Assembly (NCBI RefSeq): GCF_009834535.1
Contig: NC_045707.1
Location: 55,244,001-55,308,000, forward strand
Direction of reading: 5' to 3'
Source: Camelus ferus
Taxonomy: Eukaryota
Length of the DNA stretch: 64,000 bases
Of this stretch, positions 25,001-37,275 are shown in pieces. Under the pieces are notes generated by a model, which had not been told where the DNA came from, made no database searches, and saw only the letters and a program-made list of their open reading frames with translations. Position numbers and translations under genes: made by a program. The stretch's first letter is position 1. Every line of letters begins with the position of its first letter.

Positions 25001-26962
25001 TAATTGCTCCAGATGGTCAATTTACTAAGTAGCCAATTTGTGAAATGATTAATTGGCTAAATTAGCATGTTGCTTCTATTTCCTTTAAAAACATTTCATC
25101 TAAATATACACAGCATATATTATAATTATGAATAGTTTGTATTAAAGTGTATATTTGAGAATGCATTCATGAATATATTGTTCAGAATTTATTTCTAATA
25201 ATAATATGTGCACAGAATATATAGCCTTCATAAAATATGTATTTAATATACTCTGGAAGCATATATGACTTATATTTCTGGCAATATAGTGATCCAGATT
25301 TTAAGAGAAAAACTTAATCACATCTATAGACACTGGATAAAATATACATATTTTTAGATATGGAGTTTTTTATTTTTATAATCCTCTAGTTTTAAAATAC
25401 AGTTTTAAATATGGTTTCTAGTCTCTGGCTTTGTGGAGATAAATAAGGATTATTTACTAAGGTCAGAAATGACAAGAAAGCACAAATCCATAAGATTAAG
25501 AAAACTTTGGACTGTGATCAGCCTGGGTATATCTACCTATTTCTGGAGCACTAAAAGTTGCCTTTGATTAGCCAAATGCACCTGGTATAGGGCAAAAGCC
25601 TGGCACCTGAGATGGTGGGGGAAGGAATGTTTAAGTGGGAAAAAAAAAAAAAAAAGGAGTTTCACACAAAATCACACAAAAAGTCAAGATCTGTGAAGAG
25701 CAGTTTTAGTGGGTACATCAGAAGGGAACCTGCCCCAGAGACAGGGAGAGAACAGTACCTAGACCTTGGCTCTGGGCAATTCCTAAAGAAAGGACTAAGA
25801 TACAAAAATGAGTTTACGTTATCACATAAAATGCTTAACCTGTGGATAAACTAAATAAATACTGACCATAAAACATAATAGCAATAATATCTAACTTAGT
25901 GTGTTTAAAATCAAGTTAGAATTGAAATAATCCTGGATGATCATGCTAGGTTCACATAATTAATGGGTAAAAGAGATAATTAAGTTGATAATTAGAAATC
26001 AATGGAAAAGGTTCATAATAAACTATAAAAATGTTTAAAAATAAAAAATCTGTATTTTCCTCTAAAGACTAATGTGTTTAGTGTTTCTTGTACTATTGAT
26101 AGATGCTTAAAGTTTCTAAGGTTCCAGAAGTAATTTCTGAAAATCATTTTGGGAGCAAACCCAAACTTCTAAGTAAAACTCATAGATGGCAAAATGAGTT
26201 CACACACACACAAAAGGTTCAGCTTAATCCCTGTGAACCAAATCCTGTAAGCTTTGCTTAAGTTAGTTCAGACAAGGTTCAGATAAAATCTGAGCTCATG
26301 ATCTCCAGCCAAATCAAATAAAAGGCCAAAATTTTGACATTGTCAGAATACTTTTAATAAGTTCAACATCTGTTGTTCTGTACTCTTCTGTCTGCAAAAT
26401 ATGGAAGAATAATAAGCAATTTCTTACCAAAAGCATATTGCCTTTGTAACTATGCCTATGCTTGCTATTCATAAACTATACTATAATGAATACTTTTTAA
26501 AATTTTGAATTAAGTGACTCATAGAATCAAAATTAACATTTCCAATTCCACAATATTCTTGACGAATCCATCTCAGTAATGTCTGCTAGGTTCAAGATAT
26601 TAAGGAAAAGCATATGAAGTACATCTTAGTTGAATTTAGTTGCTTTGCTTTTGTTAGTCTGTATGGAAAGCAAATGGAAACAGATGACATTCTCACATTA
26701 GGATAGTTAGAAGAGGATGTATGGATAGGAAATTAATTATGCTGGTATGAACAGAGTATAGAGGAAGTGAAATGGATAGTACAGAAACACAGAGGTAGCA
26801 GCAATGGACTGGCATCACTCCTAGGCTCAAAGGACAAGGGAATAGAATATTGAAAACTGAAAGGAAGGAGGTCCATGTAGAGCTGACCTCACTGACAGCA
26901 GCGATCTTCCCTTTGAGGAGAATTGGTCCTGCAATGTTGGTCAAGGAACCCAGAAATAAATA

Positions 26963-27803
26963 CAATAGTCCCCCTCATCTATGGTTTCAGTTTCATTTTC
27001 CAGGGTTTCAGTTATCCGAAGTCTACCACAGTCTGAAAATAGTAAATAGAAAATTCCAGAAATAAGCAATTTGTAAGTGTTAAATTATGTAATTGCATAT
27101 CATTGTGAGTAGCCTGGTGAAATCTCGCGCTGTTCGTGCCAGGGACGTGAATCATGCCTTTGCTCAGCGTTTCCCATTAGTCACTTAGAAGCCATCTTGA
27201 TTATCAGACCGACTGTCAGGTATCACAGTGCTTGTGTTTAAGTCACCCTTACTTTACTTAATAATGGCCTTGAAGCACAGGAGTAGTGATGCTGACAATT
27301 CAGAGATGCCAAAGAGAAGCCCTATAAAGTGCTTCCTTTAAGTGAAAAGGTGAAGGTTCTTGGCTTAATAAGAAAAGGAAAACATTGTATGCTGAGGTCG
27401 CCAAGATGTACTATAAGAACAAATCTATCCGTGAAATTGTGAAGAAAGAAAAAGAAATTCATGCTACTTTTGCTGGTGCACCTCAAACTGCAAAAGTTAT
27501 GGCCTCAGTGAGTAGTAAGTGCTTAATTAAGATTGAAAAGGTATTAAATTTGTACAATAAGACATTTTGAGAGAGAGAAAGACCTCATTTCCAGAACTTT
27601 TATTATAGTATAGTTACAATTGTTCTATTTTATTATTAGTTATTGTTGTTAATCTCTCACTGTGCCTAATATATAAGTTAAACTTTATCATAGTATGTAT
27701 CCATAGGGAAAATATATATATATAGGGTTTAGGACAATTCCTGTATTCAGACATCCACTGGGAGTCTTGGAACGTCCCCTCCGAAGATAAGGGGGGATTA
27801 CTG
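26963..27803 (+). mobile_element. MER44/Tigger7 internal-deletion derivative, complete (841 bp)
   Basis: Inverted ends caatagtccccctcatc / gataaggggggattactg flanked by TA on both sides; MER44 body motifs. Confidence 0.9.
27306..27570 (+). pseudogene. Frameshifted N-terminal remnant of a Tigger transposase (CENP-B/psq-type HTH)
   Basis: ATG 27306 MPKRS, frameshift, KVLPLSEKVKVL, then ORF track peptide YAEVAKMYYKNKSIREIVKKEKEI...KIEKVLNLY. Confidence 0.75.
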
Positions 27804-29228
27804 TACCTGATTTCTCTCTGCTTCCCAGGTGTTCTGATCAGTGTCACACTGACATAACTCAAACTGAAGGCAGAGGGTAAAGATTACGGTGATGTAATTT
27901 ATAAATACATAAAATACCTCCTGGTCAAAAATCAGAGTGGGAAGAAAGTGAAATGTCGGTCTGGAGGGGCAGTTAAAGAATCTCAACACACTCTGAAGTC
28001 ATGAGCTCAGAAAACACAATGTAGGAGCAAAAGAAAAATGAAACATTCATTGTATTACCAAAATTCTCTGATCTGAAAAATCACAATAATAAAAGAGTGC
28101 CACATTTCCAAAAGGCCAAGTCAAATGCCCTTGAAAAACTAGAGTACAATAAATTAGTTGAACCGCTTCCTTCTATGTGTGCATGTATGGGTGTATGTAT
28201 GTTTGCATATTCCATTGTTCTTTTGAAGTAAATTTAATGAAATAATGTTTTTTAAATGCTTTAAATATTTAATATCTACATGAAAATGTGTATATTGTCG
28301 CTCTAATACTGTAAGCATTCTGTGGTAATAAAAATTCCACTATAATGAATATTTCCATAACAAAATGAAATATGCCATTTTTTCCTAAGTAATTAAATTC
28401 ATAATTATCCTCATAGGTATTTTTTCAGAAATCTCATAATATTTCAAGTAATAAAAAGTTAAGATAATAAACAGTTAATATTAAAATCTAGATATAAGTT
28501 TTGAAGTTTTATTTCATTTAATCTCCATGAGTCCATAGACATTTATAAGATTATAAAATCTTATTTCCCTCCTTACAGAACAAATCAGGACAACTTTTTA
28601 AATGACTTTTTTTTTAATAAGTTCCCTAAAGAAAGAAATATCTCATTCCTTTTTGTTAAATGAAAAACAGAATTAAAACGGGGCAATTTTGTTTCTTGAG
28701 AACATACAGGTATGTGGTAACATTCTTTACTTGTTTTTATTAATTTGGTGTGACTGTTAAGGATACTATCTCTGTAAGCACACAGAACTTGATTAAAATT
28801 CTGACTTGGACAATTTCTTTTACTATAAATAGGCAAGGTACTTAATTTCCACAAACTTTACCTCTTTATCTTTAAAATAGAAACAATAAGAATATTAATA
28901 ATATCTACCAACCTCATGTTCTTAAAAATGTAAAACCAAATAAAAATCTTATAAGTAGAAGTTATTCTTTCACCTCACAACTCCAACAGACATAGCAGAT
29001 CCTAACATCCACAAGCTTCTAACAGGAAGATTTAAGCTGATTACTGCTAGGAAGAAAACTTCCCTAAAATCTGATTGAAACATGGTGCCAGATCTAAAAT
29101 GCTAAGAGGGAATTACTTGTTCATACCATATTTGAAAAAAGTAAGGCAGATATAGTCAGAACACACCAAGAGCCCACTTTCTCTCAGCTCATCTAATGCA
29201 TTATTTTTTCATTAAATATAAAGCATAT

Positions 29229-29270
29229 CTTTATTAACCAGGGTTCTCCAGAAACACAGAAACAGTAGAA

Positions 29271-29272
<2 letters not shown>
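29229..29272 (-). mobile_element. MLT2 (ERVL) LTR terminal fragment
   Basis: tattaaccagggttctccagaaacacagaaacagtag resembles the antisense MLT2 end. Confidence 0.5.

Positions 29273-29332
<60 letters not shown>
29273..29332. repeat. (CA)30 perfect microsatellite
   Basis: Direct reading. Confidence 0.98.
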
Positions 29333-29333
<1 letters not shown>

Positions 29334-30494
29334 TCATCCTACTGTCTATCCCAAGTTTTTTGAGATAAACTTAGGACGTATATTTAATGAATAAACTTTC
29401 TCTGGATTAGCAATTGTTTGTTTGCTAAAACCACATTTATTATGGAAGGGTCAAGAGAAATCAGATAAGCCTGTAAATGAAACAAGGTAGCTCACAGAAT
29501 GCTACAGATTTAATTTTTGTTTCAACATAATTTTCAAACCTAATCATTTACTAAAACAAGAAAATTTTATCTTACTTGAATTTATGAATATCTGTGTTGA
29601 AAGTTATTTGAAATACATATGTTTAAAAATGTCACTTTTAGTCTAGAAAGTATATATTAGCTTATATTAGATAAGAAACTATTTTTATTGCCCAAGATCA
29701 ATTTGAAATTTTACTGCAAGATATCAACTCTGTTTATTGTGTAGCTCAAAGCAAAGATACGATACATTACATGGAACCAATCAAAAAAAGTTTAACGTAA
29801 GAATCTCTATCTTGGATTTTCCTGAATTCAAATATTCTGGCCAGTTGTCCTTATCCATACATTTGTATATCTGATACTTGGTTTGGAAAATGTTGCCAAC
29901 ATATAGTATTAAATATCTAGGAATAATTGGTAAAGATTTAGGAATATTAGTGTATCATAATATGTCAACTTTCTTTTTTTTACAGCCCACTCTTTTTTTA
30001 TACTTATTTTTTTCATGGTGAAGTTTTCCTTGTTTTTTGAATTTCAAATTGAATATGTATTTTCCAAGTATGCATATTCTGAGTATATTCCCTTCAATTA
30101 AAAACATTTAATCTATAAAATATCTTACCATTAAATTTAGGCACTGAGTGGATTGCCTCTAATCCTTACCAAAGTGTACAAATGTTAAGGCAGAAAATAA
30201 GAGATTTTGCAAATAGCAAGTTATGTATGCATTAGCTTTTAAACATTATTTACATTGCAGAGTATAGATTTGCAAATATTCTAAATTGAGAAGCATCACA
30301 ATCTTTTTTCAGATTGTTTCCTCTAGATACCTGATAGAACCTGAAAATCATAAGAAACTGCTCATTTTTACCACTAAAAAACTTGGAAAATTGTGAAATT
30401 CTAGACAATTTTAGATCTTTCTCCTCTGATGAGTGTCAGAAAGGTGCTAGCCATTTGCCACAATCGGTTTAGCTTTTTCATTTCTTCATGAGCA

Positions 30495-30972
30495 CTGAAT
30501 CAGTTAGCCTGTGCTGTCTAAAAAGCCCACCCCAGAATTAATGGTTCAAGTGAACTTTTAGTTGTTGTTGTTGTTCCTAGCTATGAGTCAGCAATATGTA
30601 CTGGGTTCTGCTGAGAAGTGTGGTCTGGGCTGGGCTTGCTAAGGCAGCTGCAGTCAGCTCATAAACCTGCTGGGGCTGGAAGGTCTAGGATGGCCTTTCA
30701 CGTGTCTGCTGGCTGTTGACCAGGTTCTCCTCCATGTGGTCATCCCATCTACTTTAGACTGACTTCCAATCTTGGCAAATTGCAAGAGGGAGAGAGCAGA
30801 AACGGCCAGCCTTTCCAGTCCTGGGTTCAAATGTGCACATGTCACTTACATCCTATTCTTTTGGTTAAAACAACTCATTTGGGCAAGATTAGATTCAAGG
30901 TGTGGGAAAAAAAGTCCCCACCCCTTGATGGCAGACGCCCCAGAAATGTGTAGACAGTTTTAAGTCTAACAT
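30495..30972 (-). mobile_element. MaLR solo LTR, MLT1H-like, near complete
   Basis: gcagctgcagtcagc, ggctggaaggtctaggatggcct, ttctcctccatgtggtc, agattcaaggtgtgggaaa...ccttgatgg. Confidence 0.8.
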
Positions 30973-30989
30973 AGATGTATAATTAATCT

Positions 30990-31372
30990 AGCTTTCCCAC
31001 CCTCTAATCCATTTGAATATGGCCATGTGACTGAGCTCCAACCTGCAAAATATTAGGATGAAGTGACAGCCACCTTCAGGCATAGCCAAGGTAGCCTCCA
31101 CATATACTTTGCCATGTTTTGTCTTCCAGTTCATGGCGATTGCAGTGCCTATGGTGGCAGGAAACCAGGTAATGAAGATCAAACTTTCTTCAGCCTGAGT
31201 CTCTGAATAACAGTAAACAGAGCATCCTTATCTACCCCGACCTCCACACCTATCCCGTCTTCCTGGGGCTATCCTAAACTGCTTGTGAGTAAATTATAAA
31301 CTTACTTTATATTAAGCTATTGCCTACTGGGGACTAACATTTAGTATAGCCTAACTTATTTTTAAATAATAC
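30990..31372 (+). mobile_element. MaLR LTR, MLT1J-like
   Basis: tggccatgtgactgagctc, cagcctgagtctctgaataac, 3' end attaagctattg...agcctaacttatttttaaataataca. Confidence 0.7.
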
Positions 31373-32559
31373 AGTGAATTTACTTGGGGGTTTTTTGGTA
31401 TATTTGTCATAATGTAATAAACTCTTTTAATACTAAAATTGCTTTTTCCCAGCAGATCATTTGAGAGTAAGAAGTCCAATTTTAAATAGAAACCTATTTT
31501 TACTGAAGGCATAATTTCCATGTGTAAATATGAAGTTTTCTGATAAAATTATTTCAGATATGTGAAACAACTGCAAATTTTTCACATAAGCCGTATAGTA
31601 TTCTAAGGCCTCTTTCAATCAGGAGTGTAGTGTGTATGAGTTAAACTAGTCCTTAAAGTCTAGGGGTGCTGAAAATTCCTATGTTATATGATAATATTGT
31701 TTTAACTTGGAGACTCAGAAAAATTATTTCAGGAAAATAATTTTTGAATAAAATAGAATCCTCTGGGTACTCAAAATTGAATTTTTTCAGACGCTTTTAA
31801 TAATCTTAAGAAGAAATCAGATTACCAAAAAGGAGACTCCCTAAAACTCTAAGCAGTAATATTGTCAGTAGCTGTGAGATTTTGGAAGAAAAACTCCAAA
31901 ATACACTAGTTTTTTTTTTTTTTTAGTATATAATGTTGCTATGACTTAATAATGTAGATTACTTTTCATAAATGTATCTATAATTTTTTCTTTTTAAAAT
32001 AATGCATCAATATGTTAAAATCTATATAATAATGGAGATATGTAAAAATGAAATGCCTTATCCTTATGCATGACATCAACTCTTCCCACTGCTGAAAGAT
32101 AACTACACTTCACAAGTTCTTTGATCCTTCAAGAAAATATTGCTAGGTTTCTTTTTCATATTATTCTATCCCTGGAACTTTAATGTAATGCTATAGCTTA
32201 GAGATATTTCTATTTAAACATGTACATAAATCTATTTTATGACTTCCTGATTTTAGACAATTTTTGTTAAATCCTCTAAAAACTATAAGGAGGTTAGTAC
32301 ACTTACATTTCCTTATCACCATCTCTTTCCAGATAGTCTCACTTATTTTTTTTATATTGTCAAGATTTAAAACATTTGCATTCTTGTCTATAAATAAAAT
32401 TCCCATAAATGTTTAGTTACAGTTTTCTATTTAAATGCCTTTCATGTTCATCATCATTCTTTTTACCATAATTTCTCTAAAACTGAAGAATGATGATGAT
32501 AATGATGATGATTATTATTTTGATACATACATACTTGTCTGAATTTCAACCATAAGATT

Positions 32560-32880
32560 TTATTAATTTATATTTTAAATCGATAATAACTTGGCTGGGA
32601 ATAATACTATTCAGTCATACCTTATGTCTCGAACTTTTGCAGACCTGGCAAATGAATCTTCTAGTATTGGCAAATGAATCCTAAGTAAAAGTCTTGAACT
32701 CAGATTGCTTTTTGTTGTTGTTGTTGTTTCCACTAATAAGTGGCTGACTTTTTGCATTTGGAGACTCTAGAATTTTTCTTTGTCTTTGAGGTGAAAAAAT
32801 GAAATAGAAGATTATGTCATCTTGTTGATCATCCTGTACCAAAGTTTCTTGGAACTTAGTTTCCTTTCAGTCTAAAGATG
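32560..32880 (-). mobile_element. Old L1 ORF1-region fragment
   Basis: gataataacttggctggga, ctagaatttttctttgtctttgaggt, cctttcagtctaaaga. Confidence 0.5.
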
Positions 32881-33224
32881 CACGTAGTAGCAAGTGCTAT
32901 GTTCCACTGATAAGATATTAGTTACCTTTATCATTTTCATGCATACCGACTCCCAGCACAGAATCTCTTTTGGAGGGTTGTCCTTGGGCTACCAGTCTCA
33001 TCTCACCTGCTCTCTTCATTTCTTTGAAAGTGGGAGATTTTTTTAAAAATGTCCACTCTTCTCTGAACGAATTCTTCATCTTCTATACATGATGTACGTG
33101 CTTTCTATTCATATGTCATTGTCCTCCTTTTAATACATTAATTTTAAGAGATGCTTACTTACCACATAAGGTACAGGGTTATATCAGAGGTATATCCTTC
33201 ATTTGATTATGAAGCAATAGTATG

Positions 33225-33320
33225 GTAAGTGCTTTTTATACACTATCCCACTTAATTCCCACAACAAATATAAGTTTCTTGTTATCCCCAATTTATAGAT
33301 GAGAAAACTGTTAATGAGAT
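33225..33320 (-). mobile_element. MIR fragment
   Basis: ttaattcccacaacaa...ttatccccaatttatagatgagaaaactg (antisense MIR core). Confidence 0.65.
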
Positions 33321-33861
33321 TGTATATACTGATGATGAAAATGAATGCAGGAAACTGATTTTTCTCTGGTTATTATTTAGTTTTGTAGACAGAGTTCTAT
33401 AAGTTAGAAGCCATGCCTCATAGTTGTGATTGCAGGCAACTGTTTGCTAAAAATGAGACTAGTATATTGCAAGTAAATTGTCAATTCTGGGAAGGGTCCA
33501 GGACTTTTTCAGCACTGAAAATAGTTCTAAAATCACCTCATGAAAACAGTGTTTCAGAATGGTTTGTTTGGATCACACCCAAAAGGAAATGAAAAAAGCA
33601 AAAACAAAAGCTTAGCATTCTACATTAAAGTTTTTAGTTTCGTAATATCACCTAATGTATTGTAGCACACACATAATAGATACTGAATACTTTTTGAATG
33701 TATGTAACAGAATGTATGTAATCTGAAAATATATTGTCAAGCCATCATGATGCAGTCTGATAACCGTAAGATGTAACTTTTCTCTTGTTTTATTATAATA
33801 CAAGGAAAAATAATTATGACATATCTTATAACACAATTGAAAAGTCAGTAAACACTGTTTA

Positions 33862-33960
33862 GAAGAAAGACAAAGGAAGAGGGAGGAGGAAAGGGGAAGA
33901 AAGAAGAAAAGAGAGAGAAGGTGGAGGGGAGAGAGAATGAAAGAGAGATAGAGGAGGGAT
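33862..33960 (+). repeat. GA-rich low-complexity polypurine tract
   Basis: About 100 nt almost entirely A/G. Confidence 0.9.
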
Positions 33961-33968
33961 ATAGGGCT

Positions 33969-34576
33969 TGTTAGTTAGATAGAAATGATCACCAGGCTGG
34001 GGGAGAGGAAGGGGGAGGAAGCAACCCAGAAAATAACAGTATACCTGTGCCCAGGATAAGGGGCTCCTTTTACTTCTCTAAATGAAGTCTAGCAAAGAAG
34101 CTGGCTAGAATCTGGTGCTGTGGCTGCACAGTAGAGAGAAGGACCCAGCTTAACCTGACCCAATGCTCATTATAATGCAATTAACATTACAGTTTGAGCC
34201 CCCTCCCGTAGGTTTCTCTGTGCGCATCATGGGTAAAAACATGCGTAAAAGAGATGGGCGTGCCTGAGCACAAGGAACATGAGCTGTCAAGCAGCCTAAG
34301 CACTCAAAGAACTTGAGCCGTCAATCAGTCAATCACCAAAAAAAAATGCTTCCTTGGCCAGGATATAAAAACAGGAAAAAGAAAGGAGCAATGCCATTTT
34401 TCCTCTCTTGGATTGGCCTGCCCCCAATTCTCCGGGGTGCACTATATTTTACTATGTTTTTACTTCACTAATAAAATCTTTTGTTTATGTCACGTTCTCT
34501 GTCTCCCATTAGAAATTCTTTTTTTTTTGGATGACTAAAAACCGGGGTAACTTTTATTCTTCTCCTCCCGGTAATG
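33969..34576 (+). mobile_element. Solo LTR, probably ERV1 class, family not identified
   Basis: Starts TGTTA and ends cccggtaat(g); TATAAAA 34364-34370; AATAAA 34470-34475; imperfect 4-bp TSD ggct/ggtt; GC/CpG richer than flanks. Confidence 0.8.
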
Positions 34577-34594
34577 GGTTTACCTCTTCTTCTA

Positions 34595-34702
34595 AGGCCA
34601 TGGAAGGTATTCCTCCTGCTTCCCATTTGGAAGTTGGCTGTGACTATATAACTTATTTTGGCTAGTGAAATATGAATTAAAGTGACTTGTATCACTTCTT
34701 AG
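34595..34702 (+). mobile_element. MLT1 LTR 5' fragment
   Basis: gaagttggctgtgactatataacttattttggctagtgaaatatgaattaaagtgacttgtatcacttc. Confidence 0.6.
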
Positions 34703-35276
34703 CTTCTTCTAATACAATTTGGCATTCAGGTGGCAATTTGGTGCCTTTTGCACTGCAAACAATATAGATATTGTTTGATTTTCTTTTTTCAGTAAGGCCA
34801 TCCCAAACTCATCTTTGCTTTTTTATCCTTTTGAAATGAGCTTATTTTTCTAGCTGAATAGTTTCAGGGCTTCTTCTTCCCTCCCCTGCAATGAAATTCA
34901 ATAATGCCAGTATCACACAGATTGTCAGGAGAGAGAGAAGAATTTCTTGAGAACTTTGGGCCTTCTTTTGTGCCTTGTTATTTTAAAATTTTTGTAGTCC
35001 TAAGTGTAGGGCCTGCCCCTCCAGGTGGGAAGTCTAACCTGTTTTCTGCAAGATGGAATGTGCCACTTGAGTTTGGTTTAATCTCTTGCTTGAGGGTAAC
35101 AACCAAGTTGGTTAGATTGGTTAGGGCTGCTGGTAGTGACAGCCCTGCAGCTCATGCGCTGTGCTGTTTGTAATCCAGCACCTAATTTTCATTGCACACA
35201 TGCCTCTTTCCGGCAGGTGAAAAGCAGAATTCTGTTCACAGCTCACCCCTCCCAATCAGGAGACTGATTCTGGATT

Positions 35277-35312
35277 AAACAAACAAACAAACAAACAAAC
35301 AAACAAACAAAC
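35277..35312. repeat. (AAAC)9 tetranucleotide repeat
   Basis: Direct reading. Confidence 0.97.
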
Positions 35313-35729
35313 AAAAAACCATACTAGCTGACTTCTTCTCCAAGGCTGCTTTCTCTGACAACTGCAGTGGAAAAATTAGCTCCAAAAGAGATGCTCTACA
35401 ATCTTCATATAACCCACATACATGTTCTGCTCTGTCTTGGCTATCTTGTTATTATTGGAGGAGTCTAAGAATTTGTGTTATTTTCCAATCTGCCATGACT
35501 CACTATGCTTCCAAGCTGGGGAGTGTGATTCAATATGAAACTCTCAGTTTGGTTATCTCCACATTAAATATGTGGCAGTTATTCTTGGATATGAGTAGAG
35601 GATGTAAAATACATGAAAGTTTTCTTTTTAAATTATGTTTTATTTGCTGAGTATTTTTGTTTGTTGATTTCATGTTCTTTGTTCATTATAAAATAAATGT
35701 TAGGTTTTGTTTTGTTTTGTCTTTTCATT

Positions 35730-35950
35730 TTAGTTAAGATTACACACTCTCAGGCAAACTGGGTTCAAATCCTGGCTCTGAGGTTTAGGGATAGTTACCA
35801 AACTCCATGTCTCAGTTTTGTTATTTTAAATGGGAATAATGATAGTAGCCATTTTTTGGTATTGTTTTGAGGATTAAATATATCCATTCATATATGGAGT
35901 TTATAACAAATACGTAGTAACCACTTGACAGTTGTTGACTGTTACTAGCT
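35730..35950 (+). mobile_element. MIR SINE
   Basis: B-box ctgggttcaaatcctggctctg; core tctcagtttt...aaatgggaataatgatagta...tgaggattaaat. Confidence 0.8.
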
Positions 35951-36039
35951 ATCATCTTTTCTGGAATTCCCTAACTCTGTTCTTTGTCTACCTTATCATA
36001 TCCTGTCCTCCTAACAGTACTATGCTTGATTATAAGTTA

Positions 36040-36187
36040 CATTTTACACATGAGAAAGCCAAGGTTCATAAAATTTGATTTACTTGCCCAAATCCCACTG
36101 ACAGTAAGTGGTCAAACCAGCACTTGAAGCCAAAGTTAGCTAATTTTTCAAAGGCCAAATGTATGTTTTCAGTACATGATGGTGCCT
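36040..36187 (-). mobile_element. MIR SINE fragment
   Basis: cattttacacatgagaaagccaagg...acttgcccaa...agtaagtgg. Confidence 0.7.
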
Positions 36188-37074
36188 TTTGTAATTTTCT
36201 AATTCATCACGGAATATTTCTCCTTACAGTCAGTTATTACGTGAAATGTTCCCCCATATCATCTCATGCATATATGAGACTTTAAGTATGACAAAAGAGA
36301 CATAAATGTTCTACAAAATGTTACGAAATAGCAAAAATGTTAACTTCACGTTTCTAAAAGTGGTGATATAAATAATTTAGGTTCAAAATCTAAAGCTATC
36401 ATGTTGACTATATTCTACTTTAGGTACTACAACAATTTCAATGAACTGCCTTCTTATTTTTCTGGAGACTTAGTGAGCTAATAATTCATTTCATGATACT
36501 TATAAAACAGTTCATCATAGTGGGGGTGAGTGTCTGTGTATGACAGAGAGAGAAAGAGAGGTCGAGAAGGGGGATGGAAGAGGGAGATAGAGTGGGAAAT
36601 TCTTTCCAAATGGAGACTCTGTACTACAGTCTGTCTCTCAATGTACTACCTTGTTCATGCTCAGTCTTTTTCGTGTTATGGTCTTATTTTTTTTAACCAG
36701 AAAAATGTGCAATAGTCACTTAATTTTCTTATACCGTGCCCTTATTTCCACAATGTGTTTCCTCCTTTCCAAACATTAAATTAGACATTATTTTAATATT
36801 GCAGTTTTTGTGAATTGAAGCATCTTTAATAAGCATAATTTGCAATTTTAAAAACAGAATAAAAAAGTTCACCACAGAGTTCTGAAATTCATGCAAATGT
36901 TAAGGATGCCAAATGAGTTTACTTAGGAACTAGTTTGAATTCTACAGTTACATAGGGGTAACATTTGATTTATTCCAAAATGTGAATTTTAAATTACCAT
37001 CTATAACTGATTTCAGAGGTGTCTGATATCTCATGCCTTAATTCATTGTACATTCTTTCAAACATCTGTAGTCA

Positions 37075-37275
37075 GAAAAACATTGATTTGAATTCTGTTT
37101 TTGTCGTAATCTCTCAGACTCTGAATAAGAAATATAATCTCATTAGAGCTGATTTCCTAATATAAAATAAGAAAAATAATGCCTAACTTAGAAGTTTTTG
37201 GTTAAGATTAAAATATTTGTATGTTAAGAACACACACTCTTGTCATATAGTAAATACTCAATAAGTGGGAGCTCC
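37075..37275 (+). mobile_element. MIR SINE, decayed
   Basis: gatttgaattctg...tttcctaatataaaataagaaaaataatgcctaact...taagattaaa...catatagtaaatactcaataagtg. Confidence 0.6.
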
